From positions 192,001-256,000 of the forward strand of contig OZ219926.1 in the NCBI GenBank assembly GCA_964291405.2: a stretch of 64,000 bases of DNA. Direction: 5' to 3'. The notes under the pieces are model-generated. The model was not told the origin of the DNA, did not search any database, and saw only the letters and a list, made by a program, of their open reading frames with translations. Shown piece by piece: positions 46,941-57,899 of the stretch. A program made the translations under genes and the position numbers. Positions within the stretch are counted from its first letter, which is position 1; each line of letters begins with the position of its first letter. The stretch is from Thermodesulfobacteriota bacterium (GTDB lineage Bacteria > Desulfobacterota > Binatia > Bin18).

Positions 46941-47672
46941 CTAGTAAATAAACGCCCCGAGTCGCTCCCAACGCACCCAACGGTCCTGGCCGTCCCACGA
47001 CCAATATATCAGAAAAGCCTTGCCTTTCACGTCTTGCGTATCGACAAAGCCCCAGAAGCGGCTATCGTGACTGTGGTCCCGGTTATCCCCCATGACAAAT
47101 AATTTACCGGGTGGCACGACAACAGATTCATTGGACCTGTCAGGCAGCAGGGGCGGATAATTATCACGAGGACCGGGAATAATACGGTCAGGATTGGCAA
47201 AATGCGCATACGGACTCTCATCCGCTACGCCGTTGACAAAAAGCTTCTTATTGCGAATCCGCACCTCGTCACCGGCGACGGCAACGACCCGCTTGATAAA
47301 GTCTTTGGTTTCATCCTTTGGATAGACAAAAACAACAACGTCCCCCGGTTCTGGCCGAGTCCATTCGAACACCAGGGTTTCAAAGGGATACGGTAAGCGC
47401 AGCCCATAGGCAAACTTGCTGACCAGAATATGATCCCCAATTTGGAGCGTCGGCAGCATGGAGCCGGACGGAATCTTAAACGCCTGCACGACAAAACTCC
47501 GGATAAAAAGCGCCAGCACGAGGGCGAAGAGCAGGGCTTCGGCGTATTCGCGGACGGCGGATTTCTGTTTTTTGGAGATTGTCGACGTGGATAGCAGTCT
47601 GCCGCCTGTCTGCTGGTTCGCCAGACCGACAGAGCCTGCCGAGCCTGGGGCTGCTGTTTTTCCTCTGGTCAT
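46941..47672 (-). CDS. lepB: Signal peptidase I
   Basis: IPSGSMLPTL, FIKRV and MGDNRDHSHDSRFWG. Confidence 0.95.
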   Translation of the reverse strand: MTRGKTAAPGSAGSVGLANQQTGGRLLSTSTISKKQKSAVREYAEALLFALVLALFIRSFVVQAFKIPSGSMLPTLQIGDHILVSKFAYGLRLPYPFETLVFEWTRPEPGDVVVFVYPKDETKDFIKRVVAVAGDEVRIRNKKLFVNGVADESPYAHFANPDRIIPGPRDNYPPLLPDRSNESVVVPPGKLFVMGDNRDHSHDSRFWGFVDTQDVKGKAFLIYWSWDGQDRWVRWERLGAFIY

Positions 47673-47685
47673 GTCTGCTACTCTA

Positions 47686-49506
47686 CTAGCCTCGCCGCTG
47701 CGCCTCACCCTCGCTCACCTGAAGCAGCGCCAGGAATGCCTCTTGGGGAATTTCCACCCGCCCAACCTGTTTCATCCGGCGTTTTCCCTCTTTCTGTTTC
47801 TCTAGCAGCTTTCGTTTACGGGTTATATCCCCACCATAGCACTTGGAGGTAACGTTTTTGCGTAGAGCCTTCACAGTTTCTCGCGCGATCACTCGACTTC
47901 CGATGGCGGCCTGAACAGCCACCTCGAACATTTGGCGCGGAATCAGAGCACGCATTTTTTGCACGAGTTCGCGTCCACGGGTATACGCGTGATCGGCGTG
48001 GACGATCAGGGACAAGGCATCGACCATATCGCCATTAATACGGATATCAATCCTCACCAAGTTGGCCGGACGCATATCTAGAAACTCGTAATCAAACGAG
48101 GCATAGCCACGGCTGATCGATTTGATCCGGTCATAGAAATCAACCACAATCTCGTTGAGCGGCAGCTCATACTCTAAGGCGACGCGCGAAGCCCCCAGGT
48201 ATTTCATGGCACGTTGTTCTCCACGCCGTTCCTGACAGAGCCGCATGACATTGCCCACGTATTCTTCGGGCACATGAACACTCGCCAGGATAAAAGGCTC
48301 CTGGATGGACTCGATTTCCTGTACCAGCGGGAGCGAGGACGGATTCTCGACAAGTAGGATTTCCCCATCAAGCGTCAAGACTTGATATTCAACCGTTGGC
48401 GTGGTGGTAATTAAATCGAGGCCAAACTCTCGCTCCAAACGCTCCTGGACGATTTCCATATGGAGCAAACCCAGGAAACCGCAGCGAAAACCAAACCCAA
48501 GGGCCAGCGAGGTTTCTTTCTCGTACGAAAAGGCGGCATCATTCAAACGGAGCTTTTCGACCGCGTCGCGCAGCGCCTCGTAATGTTTCGATTCGACCGG
48601 ATACAAACCACTAAAAACCATAGGTTTCGCAGCTTTAAAGCCCGGCAACATGGCCGTAGTAGGACGTTGAGCGCCCGTAATCGTGTCACCGACACGGGCT
48701 TCGCGGACCTCTTTAATGCCGGCCATGAGAAAGCCCACTTCCCCTGGCCCGAGCGCTTTGACCGCTTGAGCGTGCGGAGCGAAAACCCCGACCTGTCCAA
48801 CCTCATATTCTTTACCGCTCGACATGAGCTGAATGGACATCCCAGGCCTCAGCACCCCATCGAACACCCGGACGAGCACAACAGCTCCCTGGTAGGGATC
48901 AAACCAGCTATCAAAAAGCAGCGCCTTGACCGGCGCACTAGGGTCTCCCTGAGGAGGAGGCATGAGCCGCAGGATACCCTCCAGCACATCAGCAATCCCT
49001 CTGCCCTCTTTTGCGCTGGTTAAGACCGCATCACTGCCATCCAGCCCGATGATGTCTTCAAGCTCTTGCCGAACGCGCTCGGGTTCGGCGCTGGGCAGAT
49101 CGATTTTGTTGATAACGGGAAAAATTTCGAGATGATGATCCAGCGCAAGATAGGTGTTGGCCAGCGTTTGCGCTTCGACCCCTTGGGTTGCGTCAACGAC
49201 CAGGATAGCCCCTTCGCAGGCGGATAAACTGCGTGAGACCTCATAGGCGAAATCAACATGACCGGGGGTATCAATCAGGTTCAGATAATATTCGGCACCG
49301 TCCTGTGCCTGATAGCGCAGGCGGACGGTTCGGGCTTTAATCGTAATGCCCCGCTCTTGCTCAAGCTCCATAGTGTCCAGAAATTGTGCCCCGCTTTCCC
49401 GCTCACTAATCGAGCCCGTCTGGGAGAGGAGTTGGTCGGCCAGTGTCGATTTACCATGATCGATATGGGCAATAATGCTAAAGTTTCGAATCTGTTCAAT
49501 ATTCAT
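47686..49506 (-). CDS. lepA: Elongation factor 4
   Basis: [27 protein letters not shown] and [17 protein letters not shown]. Confidence 0.98.
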   Translation of the reverse strand: MNIEQIRNFSIIAHIDHGKSTLADQLLSQTGSISERESGAQFLDTMELEQERGITIKARTVRLRYQAQDGAEYYLNLIDTPGHVDFAYEVSRSLSACEGAILVVDATQGVEAQTLANTYLALDHHLEIFPVINKIDLPSAEPERVRQELEDIIGLDGSDAVLTSAKEGRGIADVLEGILRLMPPPQGDPSAPVKALLFDSWFDPYQGAVVLVRVFDGVLRPGMSIQLMSSGKEYEVGQVGVFAPHAQAVKALGPGEVGFLMAGIKEVREARVGDTITGAQRPTTAMLPGFKAAKPMVFSGLYPVESKHYEALRDAVEKLRLNDAAFSYEKETSLALGFGFRCGFLGLLHMEIVQERLEREFGLDLITTTPTVEYQVLTLDGEILLVENPSSLPLVQEIESIQEPFILASVHVPEEYVGNVMRLCQERRGEQRAMKYLGASRVALEYELPLNEIVVDFYDRIKSISRGYASFDYEFLDMRPANLVRIDIRINGDMVDALSLIVHADHAYTRGRELVQKMRALIPRQMFEVAVQAAIGSRVIARETVKALRKNVTSKCYGGDITRKRKLLEKQKEGKRRMKQVGRVEIPQEAFLALLQVSEGEAQRRG

Positions 49507-50423
49507 ACCGATGTCCGCAGGGAGGCAACCGTTTTCTCAAGTCCGTCGGCAAGCCGTACCAGTGGCTTCCAGTTCAACGTGTCTGCGGCTCGGCTCCAAG
49601 ACAAGACACTGCGACGCTGTTCTCCTGGCTTGGCAGCACCGTGCTGCGCCCGATCGCGTGAGCCAGTTATCCGCTGTAAATGCTCGGCTAGCGTATTCAC
49701 CGTCGTCTCGAGGCCCGTGCCGATATTGATCGCACCGGTATAGTCGGCAGTCAGGGCCGCCAGGTTCGCCTGGGCCACATCATCCACAAACACATAGTCT
49801 CGCGTCTGCTGACCGTCGCCGTTAATCGTAATCGTCTCCCCCGCCAGTAGGCGCTGGGTAAAAATGGCCACCACACCGGCTTCGCCATGAGGGTCCTGCC
49901 TCGGCCCGTACACGTTCGCATAGCGCAGGCTCAGCGACGGGATACCGTACTCTCTCTGGTAAAAATACAGATACCGCTCTCCAGTTAGCTTACTGACGCC
50001 ATATGGACTAATCGGACGGGTGGTATGGTCTTCGGTTGCTGGAAAAGTGTCTTGTTCCCCATATACCGTCCCGCCGGAAGACGCAAAGATAATACGCTGG
50101 CACTGAGCCTGCTGCGCGCCTTCAAGAATATTGAGCAGTCCAAGAATATTCACCCGTGCATCAAATAGCGGATCGGCAACCGAGCGACGGACATCCATTT
50201 GCGCCGCGTGGTGGTTGACCACCTCAATGCGTTCGTCAACCATGAGCCGCCGCACTGCCGCATCGGTGATATCCACTTGGACAAAGTGCGCGTCGGATGG
50301 AACGTTAGTCTGCTTGCCGGTTGACAAGTCATCGACAATCCAGACTTCGTGGCCCACCCCGAGATAGATTTCCGCGACGTGAGAGCCGATAAAGCCTGCT
50401 CCTCCGGTTACCATTATCTTCAT
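49503..50423 (-). CDS. NAD-dependent epimerase/dehydratase (UDP-glucose 4-epimerase-like)
   Basis: [22 protein letters not shown] and [13 protein letters not shown] at 50423. Confidence 0.9.
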   Translation of the reverse strand: MKIMVTGGAGFIGSHVAEIYLGVGHEVWIVDDLSTGKQTNVPSDAHFVQVDITDAAVRRLMVDERIEVVNHHAAQMDVRRSVADPLFDARVNILGLLNILEGAQQAQCQRIIFASSGGTVYGEQDTFPATEDHTTRPISPYGVSKLTGERYLYFYQREYGIPSLSLRYANVYGPRQDPHGEAGVVAIFTQRLLAGETITINGDGQQTRDYVFVDDVAQANLAALTADYTGAINIGTGLETTVNTLAEHLQRITGSRDRAQHGAAKPGEQRRSVLSWSRAADTLNWKPLVRLADGLEKTVASLRTSV

Positions 50424-50473
50424 GTACTGCGCCCTCTCCGGAGCCCTAGCGATACCTCTCTCCACTCTGGAAT

Positions 50474-51415
50474 CTAATGGACTTCCAGCTTTTCCTGGAA
50501 ATAGGCGATAGTTTTGCTCAATCCGTCTTCGAGGGAGACACGTGGCTCCCAATCTAATAGCTGGCGGGCCACACTCACATCGGGTTGGCGGACTTTCGGG
50601 TCATCTACCGGCAAAGGCTCAAACGCAATGGGGCTGGAACTCCCGGTCAGCCGGATGATCGTCTCGGCGAATTCCCGGACGGATAATTCGTGCGGATTCC
50701 CCAGATTCACGGGTTGGGTGCACCCTGAGCGAAGGAGGCGGACAATACCCTCGACTAAATCGTCCACAAAACAAAAACTCCGGGTTTGACTCCCGTCGCC
50801 ATACACCGTTAACGCTTCTCCTCGCAGCGCTTGGGTGATGAAATTAGGCACAACGCGGCCATCCCCAAGGCGCATACGTGGCCCATAGGTATTAAAAATA
50901 CGGACAATGCGGGTCGCCACGCCGTGACTGCGATGGTAGGCCATGGTCAGGGCTTCGGCAAACCGTTTTGCCTCGTCATACACGCCCCGCGGGCCGATCG
51001 GATTCACATTGCCCCAGTAATCTTCCGGCTGAGGATGGACGAGCGGGTCACCATAGACTTCGGAGGTCGAAGCGAGCAGAAAACGGGCGGCTTTCACCCG
51101 GGCCAACCCGAGTCCTTTATGTGTGCCGAGCGAGCCTACCTTCAGGGTCTGAATCGGCAGTTCAAGGTAATCGATCGGGCTCGCCGGCGAGGCAAAGTGG
51201 AGAATCGCATCAATATAGCCACTGACGTAAATATAGTTCGTCACATCCTGATGGACAAAGGAAAAGCGCGGGTTGACAAACAGATGCGCCACATTATCCA
51301 TATCGCCAGTAATGAGGTTGTCCAGACACACCACCTCATCCCCGTCGGCCAAGAAACGCTCACACAGATGCGAACCGATAAACCCGGCCCCTCCGGTGAT
51401 TAAGATGCGTGCGAT
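50474..51415 (-). CDS. UDP-glucuronate decarboxylase family SDR, probable non-canonical ATC start
   Basis: [24 protein letters not shown] and [10 protein letters not shown]. The [13 protein letters not shown] motif lies upstream of the first canonical start (TTG 51352). Confidence 0.88.
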   Translation of the reverse strand: MARILITGGAGFIGSHLCERFLADGDEVVCLDNLITGDMDNVAHLFVNPRFSFVHQDVTNYIYVSGYIDAILHFASPASPIDYLELPIQTLKVGSLGTHKGLGLARVKAARFLLASTSEVYGDPLVHPQPEDYWGNVNPIGPRGVYDEAKRFAEALTMAYHRSHGVATRIVRIFNTYGPRMRLGDGRVVPNFITQALRGEALTVYGDGSQTRSFCFVDDLVEGIVRLLRSGCTQPVNLGNPHELSVREFAETIIRLTGSSSPIAFEPLPVDDPKVRQPDVSVARQLLDWEPRVSLEDGLSKTIAYFQEKLEVH

Positions 51416-51479
51416 GACTCTTCTCCTTTCAATTCGTGCTTGGGTATCGACGCTCGGCAGCAGAGTAATCCGTCTTTAC

Positions 51480-52418
51480 TTATTCTAACACGTCCTTAAT
51501 CCAGTAGACGGGCTTTTCCTGACTCTCGTGGTAGGTGCGAGACAGCATCTCAGCGATTAAGCCGGTGGTCACAAGCTGGATACCGGTGACAAGCAGGAGA
51601 ATCCCCAGGAGTAAAATTGGACGGTTTGCTAATTGCACGTCAAACAGGAGGCGTTGAATCCCTAGGACGGTCGTTATCCCCCCGCCAACGAGGACGGCAA
51701 TCAAACCCAGAAAGCCAAATAAATGACTCGGGCGGGTTGCATAGCTCGACATGAATTTAACGGTCAGTAAATCCAGCACGACCCACAATGTTCGGGTTAA
51801 GCCGTATTTTGAGGTGCCGTGCTTGCGCGCATGATGGGTGACCGGAAGCTCGGCAATCCTCGCTCCCATATCCCCGGCCAGAGCTGGAATAAACCGGTGC
51901 ATTTCTCCATACAGCTTGAGACTCTTTGCCACCTCACGGCGAAACGCCTTGAGCGTACAGCCATAATCGTGCAGTTTGACCCGCGTTGTGAGCGAGATCA
52001 TATGATTGGCGATCTGAGACGGGAGACGCCGGTGCAAAAATGGATCTTGTCGATTGACACGCCAGCCGTTCACCAAGTCATACCCCTCGTCCAGCTTTGC
52101 CAGCAAACGCGGAATATCGATGGGATCATTTTGAAGGTCACCATCCAGCGAAACAATGACGTCCCCATGGGCGTATTCAAATCCCGCGGCCAGCGCGGCA
52201 GTCTGGCCGAAGTTGCGTCGAAAGCGGAGGACCTTGAGCGTATCGTCCTCGGCGTGCAGCTCGGCTAGCAGCTCACTACTCCCGTCCTGACTGCCGTCGT
52301 CGATAAGAATGAGTTCATAACTCCAGTCCGTCGGCGCTAGTACGGCATGGACCCGTTCACACAACGGACGCAAATTATCGACCTCATTGTAGATCGGTAC
52401 GACGATGGAAAGGTCCAT
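51480..52418 (-). CDS. GT2 polyprenol-phosphate glycosyltransferase (ArnC/DPM1-like)
   Basis: VVPIYNE, DDGSQD, RNFGQTAA, DGDLQND and C-terminal TMs. Confidence 0.9.
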   Translation of the reverse strand: MDLSIVVPIYNEVDNLRPLCERVHAVLAPTDWSYELILIDDGSQDGSSELLAELHAEDDTLKVLRFRRNFGQTAALAAGFEYAHGDVIVSLDGDLQNDPIDIPRLLAKLDEGYDLVNGWRVNRQDPFLHRRLPSQIANHMISLTTRVKLHDYGCTLKAFRREVAKSLKLYGEMHRFIPALAGDMGARIAELPVTHHARKHGTSKYGLTRTLWVVLDLLTVKFMSSYATRPSHLFGFLGLIAVLVGGGITTVLGIQRLLFDVQLANRPILLLGILLLVTGIQLVTTGLIAEMLSRTYHESQEKPVYWIKDVLE

Positions 52419-52438
52419 AGCAATTCAGCGCTGACGGG

Positions 52439-53338
52439 CTAGAATTCGGTCAGACTCACGAACTGACGATAACGCTGTTCAACGTCGTCCCGACCCAGGG
52501 CGTGCAGACGCCGCAAGCTGAAATCTTCTACCGTGAACGAAGCCACCACACTGCCGTAGACAATAGCTTTGCGCAGTCCGGCCTCAGACGTGTCGTTCGA
52601 CTCGGCCAAATAGCCGAGGAACCCGCCGGCAAAGGAGTCGCCGGCCCCGGTCGGATCAACTACGTCTTCCAAGGGATAGGCCGGGACGGCGAAAACCGAC
52701 TGGGGGGAAAACAGCAACACCCCATATTCGCCCCGCTTGACGAGCAATGTCTTTGGTCCCATGTCCAAAATCCTGCGTGCGGATTTCACGACATTGGACT
52801 CACCGCTGAGCATACCCGCCTCTTCATCGTTGATGATCAGTACATCGACACGTTTCAACACAGCTTCAAGCGCCGCACGCTCGTGCTCAATCCAGTGACT
52901 GATCGTGTCGCAGCCGATCAGGCGTGCCCCATCGATTTGGTCTAGCACCTGGCTCTGCAACCCAGGGTCGATATTCCCAAGAAACACAAAAGGCGTGCGA
53001 CGATACTGTTCGGGCAGTTGCGGAGCGAAGTCCGCAACCACATTCATCTGGAGGTCTAATGTGTCGCGAATGTTGAGATTTTCGTGATAGCGGCCGGTCC
53101 ACCGAAACGTCCGCCCTGCCCCTACTTCCAGCCCGTCCAGGTTAATATTCGGTACGGTCAGGGTCGTCCGCGCATCTGAGGGAAAGTCTTCACCAATAAC
53201 GGCAACAACGTTCACCGTCGTAAAATAGCTCGCCGCAACAGCGAAATAGGCTGCCGAGCCCCCCAGGACTTCGTCAGCCTTACCGGACGGCGTTTCAATA
53301 GAATCCAATCCGATCGAACCGACAACCACAATACTCAT
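52439..53338 (-). CDS. PfkB-family carbohydrate/nucleoside kinase
   Basis: GGSAAY, INDEEA, KRGEYG and DPTGAGDSFAGG. Confidence 0.9.
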   Translation of the reverse strand: MSIVVVGSIGLDSIETPSGKADEVLGGSAAYFAVAASYFTTVNVVAVIGEDFPSDARTTLTVPNINLDGLEVGAGRTFRWTGRYHENLNIRDTLDLQMNVVADFAPQLPEQYRRTPFVFLGNIDPGLQSQVLDQIDGARLIGCDTISHWIEHERAALEAVLKRVDVLIINDEEAGMLSGESNVVKSARRILDMGPKTLLVKRGEYGVLLFSPQSVFAVPAYPLEDVVDPTGAGDSFAGGFLGYLAESNDTSEAGLRKAIVYGSVVASFTVEDFSLRRLHALGRDDVEQRYRQFVSLTEF

Positions 53339-53354
53339 TATGTCCTCTTGGCGT

Positions 53355-54215
53355 TTATCCATTGATGTATTTTCCAATAATTGGCTCAAGTTCGTTTTTC
53401 ACCGTTTCTGGAATCATCCCCCGGTCGGTGATGATCGCATCTGCGAGCGCGGTCTCACAGCCACACACCTGCTCAGGAGACAGCCGCCGGGCCGTGTCCC
53501 GTACAATGCGCTGAGCGGTGACAACATTTTTATTCAGAATTGCCAGCACCTCTTCTATCACCACATCGCCGGCCTCAGTATTCCAGCAGTCGTAATCGGT
53601 TGCCATGGCCAGGGTGGCAAAACAGATTTCGGCTTCACGCGCGAGCTTAGCTTCTTGGAGATTCGTCATACCGATGATATCGGCGCCCCAGCTCCGGTAC
53701 AGCAAAGATTCGGCCCGCGTAGAAAATTGCGGACCTTCCATACAGACATACGTTCCCCCATGGTGAACGGATATGTCCAGGCTGTCACTGGCCTCAACCA
53801 AAGACTGAGATAAGAGCGGACACACCGGGTCGGCAAAGGCGACATGGGCGACAATACCCCGGCCAAAGAAGGTGCTGATGCGCCCACGGGTCCGGTCGAT
53901 AAACTGGTCGGGGATGACAATATGGCCAGGCGCAATCTCCTGTTTCAAACTGCCCACCGCACCCACGGCAATCAAGCGCCGCACGCCAAGCTTTTTCATC
54001 CCGTAGATATTGGCGCGGAAATTCAGCTCCGAGGGCAGTACCCGGTGGCCACGGCCGTGCCGCGGCAGGAAAACCATACGGATGCCGTCTAATTCGCCGA
54101 CAAAATATTCATCCGACGGTGCCCCAAACGGCGTCTCAACGCTCACCCATTCGCCATGCTCGATACCGTTCATCTGGTATAGGCCGCTGCCTCCAATAAC
54201 ACCAAGCGTGATCAT
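53355..54215 (-). CDS. mtnP: S-methyl-5'-thioadenosine phosphorylase
   Basis: GVIGGSG, PRHGRGH, EGPQFSTRAES, GMTNLQEAKLAREAE and TDYDCW. Confidence 0.93.
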   Translation of the reverse strand: MITLGVIGGSGLYQMNGIEHGEWVSVETPFGAPSDEYFVGELDGIRMVFLPRHGRGHRVLPSELNFRANIYGMKKLGVRRLIAVGAVGSLKQEIAPGHIVIPDQFIDRTRGRISTFFGRGIVAHVAFADPVCPLLSQSLVEASDSLDISVHHGGTYVCMEGPQFSTRAESLLYRSWGADIIGMTNLQEAKLAREAEICFATLAMATDYDCWNTEAGDVVIEEVLAILNKNVVTAQRIVRDTARRLSPEQVCGCETALADAIITDRGMIPETVKNELEPIIGKYING

Positions 54216-54229
54216 GACTGCCCCTTTTC

Positions 54230-55258
54230 CTAGGCCGCTTGCTCCAGGGGGGCGGCGAGTTGACCACAGGCGGCCTGTACATCCTGGCCACGGCTTTCGC
54301 GAATGCTGGCGTAGATGCCCCGGTCGAGCAAGATTTGACGGAACCGTATGAGCCGCTCGCGCGACGATGGGACAAATGATGCCCCAGGGAAGGAATTAAA
54401 CGGAATCAGGTTGACCTTACCCCGGATGCCATGCAGGAGGGACACGAGGCGTTTTGCGTCGGCTGGGCTATCGTTCAGCCCGTCCAACAGGGTATACGCA
54501 AAGGTCATCCGGTTACGCGCGGCTATGGACAGGGACCGACAGGCCTCCAACAACGTCGCCAGAGGGTAGCGCCGATTAATCGGCATGAGGGTGTTCCGCA
54601 CGGCATCGGTTGTTGCGCTTAAGGAGATGGTGAGGTTGACCTGGGTGTCATGCAACAGGCGCTGCATTTGCGGCACTAATCCAACCGTCGATACGGTGAT
54701 GCGGCGAGGAGAGAGCTTATACCCCCAGGCCGACGTCAGAATGGTGATGGCCTTCACGACCTGATCGTAGTTCGCCAACGGTTCGCCCATACCCATAAAG
54801 ACGACGTTGGTCACCGCTTCGTGTTGGGGCCGTCGGTACTGGACTTCCCAAATTTGGCTGACGATTTCCCCTGCAGTCAGGTCACGCACTGGCCGTACGC
54901 GGGCGGTGGCACAAAATTGACAGCCCATTGCACAGCCAGCCTGGGAAGAGATGCAGAGCGTCCGGCGGTGCTTACTCGGAATAAAAACGCTCTCAATCCG
55001 ACATCCATCGGCAAGGGTCAAGAGATATTTCTCCGTTCCATCAGCCGCCGCAGTGTGGCTGCTACAGTCCAGACGGGCAAGCCTAAAATGCTGAGCCAAC
55101 TCCTCACGCAGGGCCAGGGGTACATTGCTCATCTGCCCCACGTCTGTGAGCCGGTGTTGATGCACCCATTTCAAAACTTGCTGCGCCCGGAAGGATTTGT
55201 GTCCGCGCGCAGTCAGCCAGCGGGCTAGTTCGTCTTGGGTACAATCTTTAAGGTCCAT
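54230..55258 (-). CDS. rlmN: 23S rRNA (adenine-C2) methyltransferase RlmN
   Basis: CISSQAGCAMGCQFCAT, MGMGEP and AACGQL. Confidence 0.95.
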   Translation of the reverse strand: MDLKDCTQDELARWLTARGHKSFRAQQVLKWVHQHRLTDVGQMSNVPLALREELAQHFRLARLDCSSHTAAADGTEKYLLTLADGCRIESVFIPSKHRRTLCISSQAGCAMGCQFCATARVRPVRDLTAGEIVSQIWEVQYRRPQHEAVTNVVFMGMGEPLANYDQVVKAITILTSAWGYKLSPRRITVSTVGLVPQMQRLLHDTQVNLTISLSATTDAVRNTLMPINRRYPLATLLEACRSLSIAARNRMTFAYTLLDGLNDSPADAKRLVSLLHGIRGKVNLIPFNSFPGASFVPSSRERLIRFRQILLDRGIYASIRESRGQDVQAACGQLAAPLEQAA

Positions 55259-55308
55259 ACCGATCAAACAGGCATAGAGCACGGTGCATCAGATTCCGAA
55301 AAGGCTCC

Positions 55309-55725
55309 TTAAGCCAGGTCTAGCCCACTAAAAAAATAACTGATCTCCCATTGGGCCGTTTCGGGCGCATCGGAGCCATGCACGGCGTTCTGCTCGATGT
55401 TCGTGGCAAAATCCTTCCGAATCGTACCCTCATCCGCTTCAGCCGGGTTGGTCGTACCCATAATTTTTCGGTGGGCTTGAATGGCCCCCTCACCCTCAAG
55501 CACGGAGACGAGAATCGGACCTGAGGACATGAAGTCTGTCAGGCTCTCAAAAAATGGGCGTTCCTTATGGACCGCATAAAAACCCTCGGCTTCGGCTTTA
55601 GTCAGGGAAACCATTTTGGTAGCTACGATTTTGAGCCCTGCTGCTTCAAAGCGGCGGAGAATCTCACCAATGACATTCTTCTTGACTGCGTCAGGCTTCA
55701 CAATAGAGAGGGTTCGTTCCGTCAT
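55309..55725 (-). CDS. ndk: Nucleoside diphosphate kinase
   Basis: [12 protein letters not shown] and NAVHGSD. Confidence 0.97.
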   Translation of the reverse strand: MTERTLSIVKPDAVKKNVIGEILRRFEAAGLKIVATKMVSLTKAEAEGFYAVHKERPFFESLTDFMSSGPILVSVLEGEGAIQAHRKIMGTTNPAEADEGTIRKDFATNIEQNAVHGSDAPETAQWEISYFFSGLDLA

Positions 55726-55792
55726 ACGCATCCTTTCTTGTACTGCATGAGAAGTCTATCCATGCCCACTACAGGGGTCAATGTTCACACTC

Positions 55793-56893
55793 TCAGGGAA
55801 GATTGAGCGGTGGGGGGAGCGGAGTGAAATACAAGCCACAGCTTCGATAGGCTTGTCTCACCGCCCGCCAGTCGGGGCTCTCCGCTACCAGGGCAAGGCC
55901 AGTAAGCGCATGGCAGGCTTCCGCCCGGTAACCAAAGCGCTGGGCCTCGTCATAACAGCGAGCAAATGCGGCCTTCGCGCGTTTATGTTTTCCCTGTGAA
56001 AACGCTAATTCCCCGGTTCCCAGACGACAGTAGACCGACCCGCGGATGTCGCGCGTTTCGCGGAAGAGCCGTTGCGCCCGGCCGAATGTCGCGTGGCTAC
56101 GTTCATGATCGCCCTGCATTTTGAAGACCGTGGCTATCGCCCAGACCGTATAGGCAAAGCTTGCCTTATCGCCAATCCGACTGTATAACCGCTCGGCTTT
56201 TGCAAAGAACCGCAAGGCAGGCGTAAATTCTTGACGCATACGGGCCGCATTGCCAAGGCCACAGTATGAATAGGCCCGGCCGTATACATCATCTTCAACC
56301 TCAAACACCTCGTTTGCTTCGGCGTAATAGTTCTGGGTATCCACAAATCGACCCATTAAACGCGATGCGCCCCCCAGACCGCACAGCGCATATCCGGCTC
56401 CAAGCGTGTCGCCCTCCCGTTCGGCAAGTCTGCGGGCCTGCTTGAAATGGCTCAGCGCTTTTTTGAGGTCGCCACAGAAGCGGTACGTCCCCCCCATGGC
56501 CCAGACAATAAAGCCTTCCCGGTCGTACACCCGCGCTTGACGATAGAGGGTCCGCGCCGCGGCCAGATACGGCAATGCGCACTGAGGGTTCCCTTGGGCG
56601 CGGATGCTGAGACCGATGCCAGCCAGACTCTCCGCCTCCCCTTCCATATCAGCCAAACGGCCAGCGAGGCGGCTGGCCCGCTCATAGGCGCGTTTGGCAA
56701 GCCCAAATTGTCCCTGCATGCGCAAACAATCGCCAATACCGAGGTGGGCATCAAGTTCGCATTCTCCAAGGTCCGCGGTTTTTGCAGCCTGACGCGCCTG
56801 TCGATAGAGCGCCAGCGCCTCAGCAAAGCGACTTTTCAGGCGGGCGCGTTCGCCCTGCTGAAACAAGGCGCGAGGTGTCTGGTCCGTTGACAT
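55793..56893 (-). CDS. Tetratricopeptide repeat protein (about 40-aa repeats)
   Basis: Repeated GxAYxxCGLG helical units. Confidence 0.8.
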   Translation of the reverse strand: MSTDQTPRALFQQGERARLKSRFAEALALYRQARQAAKTADLGECELDAHLGIGDCLRMQGQFGLAKRAYERASRLAGRLADMEGEAESLAGIGLSIRAQGNPQCALPYLAAARTLYRQARVYDREGFIVWAMGGTYRFCGDLKKALSHFKQARRLAEREGDTLGAGYALCGLGGASRLMGRFVDTQNYYAEANEVFEVEDDVYGRAYSYCGLGNAARMRQEFTPALRFFAKAERLYSRIGDKASFAYTVWAIATVFKMQGDHERSHATFGRAQRLFRETRDIRGSVYCRLGTGELAFSQGKHKRAKAAFARCYDEAQRFGYRAEACHALTGLALVAESPDWRAVRQAYRSCGLYFTPLPPPLNLP

Positions 56894-56899
56894 GAAACT

Positions 56900-56927
56900 G
56901 TAGGGGCGGTTCGTGAACCGCCCCTAC
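56900..56927. repeat. REP-like palindrome (GTAG family)
   Basis: GTAGGGGCGGTTC-gt-GAACCGCCCCTAC, a perfect 13-bp inverted repeat. Confidence 0.8.
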
Positions 56928-56968
56928 CCTATTTTGTAAACTGCGCTGTCAGGGCTTATCCGAATCCC

Positions 56969-57838
56969 TTAGCCCATGGCGTCCGCCATGGTTTTGCCCA
57001 TCTCAGCCGGACTCGAAATAATGGCCACACCGGCATCCCTGAAGGCTTGAACCTTCTCAGCCGCTGTTCCCTTCCCACCGGCAATAATCGCCCCAGCATG
57101 TCCCATGCGCTTGCCTTTGGGGGCCGTTTGGCCGGCAATAAACGCCGCGACCGGTTTGGTCATATGCTCTTGAATGAACGCGGCGGCTTCCTCTTCTGCC
57201 GAACCGCCAATTTCACCAATCAACACCACACCTTCGGTTTGGGGATCATCTTGAAAGAGCTGTAAGACGTCGATAAAGCCAGTTCCATTCACCGGGTCGC
57301 CACCTATCCCGATGCACGACGACTGACCGATACCCAACTGAGTGAGTTGATGGACGGCTTCATACGTTAAGGTTCCACTGCGCGACACCACACCGATTGA
57401 TCCGGGGGTATGGATATACCCCGGCATGATCCCAATCTTGCATTCACCTGGGGTAATCACGCCGGGACAGTTCGGGCCAATCAGGCGGGACTTTTTGCCG
57501 GCCAGGTAGCGCTTGACTCGGACCATATCGAGCACCGGGATCCCCTCAGTAATGCAGATCACCAACTCCACTTCGGCATCGACCGCTTCCATAATGGCGT
57601 CAGCGGCAAACGGCGGCGGTACATAGATAACGGAAGCGTTTGCCCCCGTTTCCGCAACCGCCTCCGCAACCGTATTGAAAATAGGAATGCCTTCGAAATC
57701 CGTACCGCCTCGGCCAGGCGTGACCCCCGCCACCATCTGGGTGCCGTAGTCTCGACAGCCCCGGGTGTGCAGTTGGCCGGTTGAGCCGGTAATTCCCTGC
57801 GTCAGGACCTTGGTGTTTTTATCAACAAGAATGCTCAC
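56969..57838 (-). CDS. sucD: Succinyl-CoA synthetase alpha subunit
   Basis: [21 protein letters not shown] and RMGHAGA. Confidence 0.97.
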   Translation of the reverse strand: MSILVDKNTKVLTQGITGSTGQLHTRGCRDYGTQMVAGVTPGRGGTDFEGIPIFNTVAEAVAETGANASVIYVPPPFAADAIMEAVDAEVELVICITEGIPVLDMVRVKRYLAGKKSRLIGPNCPGVITPGECKIGIMPGYIHTPGSIGVVSRSGTLTYEAVHQLTQLGIGQSSCIGIGGDPVNGTGFIDVLQLFQDDPQTEGVVLIGEIGGSAEEEAAAFIQEHMTKPVAAFIAGQTAPKGKRMGHAGAIIAGGKGTAAEKVQAFRDAGVAIISSPAEMGKTMADAMG

Positions 57839-57899
57839 GAGCGTGCTCCTCGATTTCTCACCCTACAAATTAATACGAACGGTTGAGCCAGTGCGTCGT

